Origin: an uncultured Acidobacteriota bacterium
GTDB lineage: Bacteria; Acidobacteriota; Thermoanaerobaculia; Multivoradales; SZUA-115
NCBI GenBank assembly: GCA_963805975.1
Contig: CAWDVR010000002.1
Location: forward strand, 512,001-576,000
Reading direction: 5' to 3'
DNA: 64,000 nt
Every line of letters starts with the position of its first letter. Within the stretch, counting starts at the first letter, position 1. Under the pieces are notes generated by a model, which was not told the origin of the DNA, searched no databases, and saw only the letters and a list, made by a program, of their open reading frames with translations. The translations under genes and the position numbers were made by a program. This document shows, piece by piece, positions 58,774-64,000 of this stretch.

Positions 58774-60672
58774 ATGCGGCGGGTGGTGATCGGTACCGCT
58801 GGTCACGTCGACCACGGCAAAACCCGCCTCGTCGAAGCCCTCACCGGCATCGACTGCGACCGCTGGGCCGAGGAAAAGGCGCGCGGCATCACCATCGACC
58901 TCGGCTTCGCCCACTCGACCGCGGGCGACCTCCAGCTCGGCTTCGTCGACGTTCCCGGCCACGAGCGCTTCCTGCACAACGCCCTCGCCGGCCTGGGCGG
59001 CATCCGCGTGCTGTTGCTGGTGGTGGCGGCGGACGAAGGGGTGAAGCCACAGACCCGCGAGCACCTCGCCATCGCCTCGCTCCTCGGCATCCCCGCGGCC
59101 CTGGTCGCGCTCACCAAGGCCGACCTGGTGGACGACGATCTCGCCGGCCTGGCGGCGCTCGAGGTCGAGGATCTGCTCGCCACGACCCCCTTTGCCGGCG
59201 CCGAGATCGTGCCCGTGTCGAGCGTCACCGGCCGGGGCCTCGCAGAGCTGCAAGCGAAGCTCGTCGCGCTCGGTGAGGCGCACGCCGTGCCCCTCGACCG
59301 CGACCGGCCGGCCCGCCTGCCCGTCGACCGTGCCTTTCACCTGAAGGGCCTGGGGCTCGTGGTCACCGGCACGCTGGCCTCGGGCGTGGTGGCTCCCGGC
59401 GACGAGCTCGCCCTGCTGCCAGCCGGCGGGCGGGTGAAGGTACGCTCGATCGAGGTCCACGGCGAGCCCCGGCAGGAGGCGGCGGCCGGTGAGCGGACCT
59501 CGTTGCGGATCGCCGGCGTCGAGCTTGCGCAGACGGAACGCGGTGTCGAGATCGTGACACCCGGCGCCTTCGCCTCGACCCGGAGCCTGCTCGCCCGCGT
59601 CCGCCTGCTGCCGGAAGCGGAGCCGTTGGCCGGCTCGACACCGGTCCGCGTCCACCTCTTCGCCGGCGAGGCGATGGGACGGTTGCGCCCGCTGCTCCCC
59701 ACCACCCTCGAGCCGGGGGCCACGGGGTTGGTCGAGATCCGGCTCGCCGCGCCCCTGGTGGCGGCGCGGCGAGACCGGCTGATCCTCCGCCGGCCGTCGC
59801 CGCCGGCCACCTGGGGCGGCGGCGAGGTGCTCGATCCCGCCTGGCGCAAGCACCGCGGCAAGGCGCTGGCCGGCGCGCTGGCGGCGCTCTCCGGCGAGCG
59901 CCGGGCAGCGCTCCTCTTCTGGGTGCAGGAGGCCGGCGAAGCCGGGGCGCTGGCGGCCGAGCTGGCAGAGCGCCTGGGCGAGCCGTCTTCGGGCGTCGAG
60001 CGCGAGCTCGAGGCCCAGGTCGAGGACCAGCGCCTGCTGGTGACGCCGGCCAGCCCGGGCGCGCCGCGCCGCTTCCTGGCGCCGGCGGCCTACCGCCGGG
60101 TGATGGAGCGCGCAGAGCGCCTGCTCAAGGAGCACTTCCAGCGCGACCGCCTGTCGCTGGGGCTGCCCAAGGCGGAGGCGATCGAGCGCCTGTTCCCCGG
60201 CCGCGCCGCAGAGCTGGGTACCGTCTACCTCGAGTGGCTGGCGGCGCAGAAGAAGATCGTGCTCGACGGCGGCCGGATCAATCCGCCGGGGCGGAAGACC
60301 GAGCTGACCGGCGAGGAATCCGCGCTCTCGGCCGCGGTGCTGGCGCGTTTCGAGGCCGGGGGCCTGGCACCGCCGGCGCCCGGCGACTTGCGCGCGGCCC
60401 TCGCCGCCAAGCCGCAGATCCTGGACGGCATGGTGCGCTACCTGGTCGAGCGCGGCCGGCTCGTCCGCCTGCCGGACGGCCTGGTGATCGCCGCCGCCGC
60501 GGTCGAGCGCCTCAAGGGCGACCTCGCCGCCACCGGCTGGGAGCGCTTCTCGGTGCCACAGTTCAAGGAGCGCTTCGGCCTGTCTCGCAAGTGGGCGATC
60601 CCCCTCCTCGAGCACCTGGACTCGGTGGGCACCACGCGCCGGCTGGGCGACGAACGGATGGTGGTACGGTAA
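58774..60672 (+). CDS. selB: Selenocysteine-specific elongation factor SelB
   Basis: GTAGHVDHGKT, RGITIDLGFA, DVPGHERF, and C-terminal winged-helix SRKWAIPLLEHLD...T.R.GD.R. Confidence 0.96.
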   Translation: MRRVVIGTAGHVDHGKTRLVEALTGIDCDRWAEEKARGITIDLGFAHSTAGDLQLGFVDVPGHERFLHNALAGLGGIRVLLLVVAADEGVKPQTREHLAIASLLGIPAALVALTKADLVDDDLAGLAALEVEDLLATTPFAGAEIVPVSSVTGRGLAELQAKLVALGEAHAVPLDRDRPARLPVDRAFHLKGLGLVVTGTLASGVVAPGDELALLPAGGRVKVRSIEVHGEPRQEAAAGERTSLRIAGVELAQTERGVEIVTPGAFASTRSLLARVRLLPEAEPLAGSTPVRVHLFAGEAMGRLRPLLPTTLEPGATGLVEIRLAAPLVAARRDRLILRRPSPPATWGGGEVLDPAWRKHRGKALAGALAALSGERRAALLFWVQEAGEAGALAAELAERLGEPSSGVERELEAQVEDQRLLVTPASPGAPRRFLAPAAYRRVMERAERLLKEHFQRDRLSLGLPKAEAIERLFPGRAAELGTVYLEWLAAQKKIVLDGGRINPPGRKTELTGEESALSAAVLARFEAGGLAPPAPGDLRAALAAKPQILDGMVRYLVERGRLVRLPDGLVIAAAAVERLKGDLAATGWERFSVPQFKERFGLSRKWAIPLLEHLDSVGTTRRLGDERMVVR

Positions 60673-60677
60673 CGACC

Positions 60678-61049
60678 ATGAAGACGATCGCCGTCCTGGG
60701 TGCCTCTGGTGACCGCCGCAAGTATGGCAACAAGGCGGTGCGGGCCTACACGAGAGCGGGCTGGCAGGTCTTCCCGGTGAACCTCGCGGGCGAAGAGGTC
60801 GAGGGCCAGGCCAGCTTCCGCAAGCTCTCCGAAGTGCCGAAGCCGCTCGACCGCGTCACGGTCTACCTGCCGCCGCCGGTCACCCTCGAGCTGCTGCCGG
60901 AGATCGCCGCCACCGAAGCCGGCGAGGTCTGGTTCAACCCCGGTGCGGCCGACGGGGCGGTGCTCGCTTCTGCCCGCGAGCTGGGTATCCCGGCGCGGCC
61001 GGGCTGCAGCATCGTGGACATCGGCTTCTCGCCCGCGCAGTTTCCCTGA
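60678..61049 (+). CDS. CoA-binding protein (YccU-like)
   Basis: IAVLGAS...KYG, VFPVN, VWFNPG; start set at ATG 60678. Confidence 0.88.
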   Translation: MKTIAVLGASGDRRKYGNKAVRAYTRAGWQVFPVNLAGEEVEGQASFRKLSEVPKPLDRVTVYLPPPVTLELLPEIAATEAGEVWFNPGAADGAVLASARELGIPARPGCSIVDIGFSPAQFP

Positions 61050-61077
61050 AGCTCCGAATCAATCACCCAGGGGCCGC

Positions 61078-62595
61078 TCACACGCCCCGTCGGGGCTTGA
61101 ACTCCGCGGCGTCGATGCCGTAGCGGTTCATCTTCTGGTAGAAGTTCTTGACGTCCATCGCGGCGCGTTGGGCGGCGCGCGTGATGTTGCCCTGCGCCTC
61201 GCCGAGGCAGCGCCGGACGTAGGCGCGCTCGAAGCCGGCGAGAACCTTCCGCTTCTCCTCGGCGAAGCTGCCGGCGAGGCCGATCGGAGCCCCGGCCGGT
61301 GTTTGCGAGGTGACCGACTCGGGAAGGTGCGCGAGCTCGATCACCGGCCCCTCCGCCAGCAGCGCCGCCCGTTGCAGGATGTTCCACAGCTCCCGTACGT
61401 TGCCCGGGAAGGAATATGCATCGAGCGCCGCCTCCGCCGCGGGCGCCAGGGAGAGAGACAGGCCGCCGTCGCCGCCGCGCAAACGGTCGAGGAAGTGGCG
61501 GACGAGGACCGGGATGTCCGAGCGGCGCTCGCGCAAGGGCGGCAGGCGGATCCGTACCACCGCCAGCCGGTAGTGCAGGTCGCTGCGAATCTTGCCGGCC
61601 GCCACCAGCTCGTCGAGGTTGCGGTTGGTGGCGGCCACCACCCGCACGTCGGCGTGGCGGAGCGTGGTCGAGCCCAGGCGCGAGTACTCGCCGGTCTCGA
61701 GCAGGCGCAGGAAGTTGACCTGCAGCGAGTGCGGCATCTCGCTCACCTCGTCGAGGAACAGGGTGCCGCCGTCCGCGCGCTCGAACCAGCCGGGAGCGCT
61801 GCGCACGGCGCCGGTGAACGCCCCCCGTTCGTGGCCGAAGAGCTCGGCCTCCTGCAACGACTCGGGCAGGGCGCCGCAGTTGATGGGCAGGAAAGGGCCC
61901 TCGCGGCGGCGGCTGTTGCAGTGGATGGCGCGGGCCGCGAGCTCCTTGCCGGTGCCGCTCTCGCCCTCGAGCAGCACTGTGGCCTCCGACGGCGCCACGC
62001 GGGAGATGAGCCGCAGCACCTCGAGCATCTTGGGATCGCCGCCGAGGATCGCCTCGAAGCGGTACTTGCCGCGCAGTTCGTGCTCGAGGCGGTCCACCTG
62101 GCGCCGCAGCCGGTAGCGCTCGAGGGCGTTGTAGGCGGCGAGCGAGATGAAGTGCGAGAAGGTCTCGACCGCGGCCAGGGTCTCGGCCGTGAACACCGCC
62201 GCGCGGCTGGTGGTGTCCACGTAGACGACGCCGAACGCCCGGTCCGCCTGGAGGAGCGGCAGGCAGATGACGGCGATCAGGTTCAGCCGGTCGACGCTCT
62301 CCGAGAGCGGCCTCAGAGGGTGAGCGTCGAGGTTGGGATCGAAGAAAGGCCTGCCCTCGCTCCGTACGCGACGGATGATCGTGCGGCTGACCTGGAACTC
62401 GGGCCGCTCGACGTCCTCGCGGCCGAGGTTGCGGGCCTTCTCGAAGAGCAGCGTGCCGTCCTCGTCGAACAGCAGCACCATCGCTCGCTCGGCGCCGCAG
62501 AGCTGCACCAGGCCGTCCAGGCCCGTGGTCAGCACGCGGTCCACGTCCATCTCGCCCAAGACGTTGCGCGCGATCTCTAGGACCCGGTCGGGCAT
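61078..62595 (-). CDS. GAF + sigma-54-dependent Fis-family activator (canonical motifs)
   Basis: GAF (S..II..V, ICLPL, GVVYVD), GESGTGKE, GAFTGA, LFLDEV, FPGNVREL, HTH; start set at ATG 62595. Confidence 0.93.
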   Translation of the reverse strand: MPDRVLEIARNVLGEMDVDRVLTTGLDGLVQLCGAERAMVLLFDEDGTLLFEKARNLGREDVERPEFQVSRTIIRRVRSEGRPFFDPNLDAHPLRPLSESVDRLNLIAVICLPLLQADRAFGVVYVDTTSRAAVFTAETLAAVETFSHFISLAAYNALERYRLRRQVDRLEHELRGKYRFEAILGGDPKMLEVLRLISRVAPSEATVLLEGESGTGKELAARAIHCNSRRREGPFLPINCGALPESLQEAELFGHERGAFTGAVRSAPGWFERADGGTLFLDEVSEMPHSLQVNFLRLLETGEYSRLGSTTLRHADVRVVAATNRNLDELVAAGKIRSDLHYRLAVVRIRLPPLRERRSDIPVLVRHFLDRLRGGDGGLSLSLAPAAEAALDAYSFPGNVRELWNILQRAALLAEGPVIELAHLPESVTSQTPAGAPIGLAGSFAEEKRKVLAGFERAYVRRCLGEAQGNITRAAQRAAMDVKNFYQKMNRYGIDAAEFKPRRGV

Positions 62596-62808
62596 GCTCT
62601 TCGTTTCGCGCTTGGTGAAAGAATCTTTTCCAAGGATAACATTCCACCAGAGAGCTCTTTCGATCCCATCGGACTCTGGTATTTCGACCAGGATCTTGGT
62701 GAACAGGCCATGAGCGGGATCGGAGCCGAAGTTCGGAGGAAGCCGATCGCCTCGCCATAAGCCCTTTCCTGACAACAGTTGGAGACGCTCCTATTGGTCT
62801 CGGCCCGC

Positions 62809-62824
62809 TGGCATCGAGCGTGCT
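62809..62824 (+). promoter_or_regulatory. Sigma-54 (-24/-12) promoter
   Basis: TGGCATCGAGCGTGCT = GG-N10-GC, divergent from an intact enhancer-binding protein gene. Confidence 0.7.
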
Positions 62825-63044
62825 AAATCTTTCCTCCAGCGACCCGGGCGCGTGCTTCGCAAGAGACGGCTCACCTCCCTCGACGCGGAGCGCCGCCCGG
62901 TCCCTTTTTCCTCTTCGGCATCACCGACGGTAATTTCTTGTCTCTTCCGACCAGCCTTCCGGCATCTTCCTCCTAGACAGATCCCTTACAAGCTCCGCCG
63001 TCACTCCTGTACGGCAGGTGCACCTGTAGGAATGGAGGTTTGCC

Positions 63045-63320
63045 ATGAGCCGCAAATCGATCGTTGTCCTCGTTGTCGCCGGGCTTCTCGCAGGAGCCCT
63101 TCCCGTCTCTGCCGCGCCCTCCGCCGGCTCTCCGGCGGCGCTGGCCGTGCACGCCAAGGCCTTTCTCGCGGAGGGTTTTCAGACGACCCGAGCCCTGCTG
63201 AAGGCGCTCTTCGTACCGCAAAAACAGGCACCGGCGCCGACGGCGGCCAGTTCCGGGGGCCCCAAAGGCATCCGCATCCAAGAGGGCTGCATGCTCGACC
63301 CGGACGGCAAGTGCTTTTGA
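63045..63320 (+). CDS. Small secreted peptide precursor ending in EGCMLDPDGKCF
   Basis: GGAGG RBS, signal peptide (VSA|A), amphipathic segment, linker, C-x7-C terminus. Confidence 0.8.
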   Translation: MSRKSIVVLVVAGLLAGALPVSAAPSAGSPAALAVHAKAFLAEGFQTTRALLKALFVPQKQAPAPTAASSGGPKGIRIQEGCMLDPDGKCF

Positions 63321-63525
63321 GGGCGGCACCTCTTCGGCTCGCGCCGGAAACGTTTACCTCGGTGATCAGCCGGCGAATTTTCTTGTCCCGTTTTCACCGG
63401 GTCAGGGAACTACCCCTGTAGGAGGCTTCCTAGTTGCACAATCGCGGCGAAAAGGAAGCTGAAGATAGTTAAAAGTATCTATCCGGGACTCGATCAGCGT
63501 GCCGACGCAGAACTGTAGATCCGCT

Positions 63526-64000
63526 ATGGAAGAACGACATCCCAGCGCTCGCGAGCTGAGCTGCCTGACCCAGGGTGAGCTGCTGTCACCCCTCTCGCGG
63601 CCGCTGGTTCTGCACCTGGCGAACTGCGGCCACTGCCGCGAGCGCCTGGAACGGGTGGCGCCCGCAGCGAGCGCGCGGGTGAGCGCGCTGCTCACCAACG
63701 TCACCCCGCTGCGGGTCCCGGACGTCGCCAGCTATCGGTCGGCGTTCGTCAACGTGATGAACAGGCTCGATCGCGAGGCCCGCCGGCTGCAGCAGAGCCG
63801 CAGCCTCGCGCCGTCTCTTCTCGCCGAGCTCGTCGGCCAGCCGCCGCAGCGCCGTCTGCTGCTGGTGCACAACAGCGCCCGCTTTGCGAGCTGGGGGCTC
63901 GCCGAGCTGCTGCTCGAAGAAGCCCGCTGCCGCTGGACCGAGGACGCCCGCGAGGCCGAGAGCCTGGCCCGGCTGGCGCTCGAGGTGACCCAGCAGCTCG
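63526..64000 (+). CDS. Zinc-anti-sigma-motif (ZAS / zf-HC2) protein with helical, probably TPR-like continuation; 5' part only
   Basis: Not in the ORF track. Manual translation is open to the window end: MEERHPS...LHLANCGHCRERL...RFASWGLAELLLEEAR...EAESLARLALEV; H5-x24-H30-x3-C34-x2-C37. Confidence 0.8.
   Translation, partial: MEERHPSARELSCLTQGELLSPLSRPLVLHLANCGHCRERLERVAPAASARVSALLTNVTPLRVPDVASYRSAFVNVMNRLDREARRLQQSRSLAPSLLAELVGQPPQRRLLLVHNSARFASWGLAELLLEEARCRWTEDAREAESLARLALEVTQQL

Noticed and set aside
62852-63421. 189-aa ORF spanning the peptide gene
   Set aside because: GTG start without an RBS and atypical composition; the nested 63045-63320 ORF has an RBS and a signal peptide.

Overview
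High-GC (roughly 70% by eye) bacterial chromosomal segment. It is probably from Acidobacteriota, class Thermoanaerobaculia; this is inferred from a PadR + ADOP duplicated-permease pair and several secreted-protein types I associate with that lineage. Housekeeping content: thiS, three crotonase-family genes and a thiolase, rplU-rpmA-obgE-nadD-rsfS, sdhCAB, pcnB, uvrA, fadL-like porin with an SGNH hydrolase, smpB, DUF4390 with an NtrY-like kinase, yqeY and selB. Small accessory genes sit between them: Rpn, Uma2, a ParE-type TA pair and VapBC. I found no rRNA, tRNA, CRISPR array, prophage or intact IS. Main candidates for a second look: (1) at the right end, a sigma-54 promoter with a divergent GAF enhancer-binding protein, upstream of a small secreted peptide ending in C-x7-C (EGCMLDPDGKCF) and a zinc-anti-sigma-motif/helical protein, a possible peptide-receptor signalling system; (2) two tandem isoaspartyl methyltransferases with export-like N-termini, divergent from a Tat-exported type-2 asparaginase-family enzyme; (3) a sigma-54-driven operon with an unannotated 53-aa membrane peptide and an RsbW/RsbV/RsbU partner switch lacking its own sigma factor; (4) a sensor-less sigma-54 activator with degenerate ATPase motifs behind the obg operon; (5) an Rpn gene with a likely intragenic small-antitoxin start. 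All family calls come from motif recognition only; no database searches were run.
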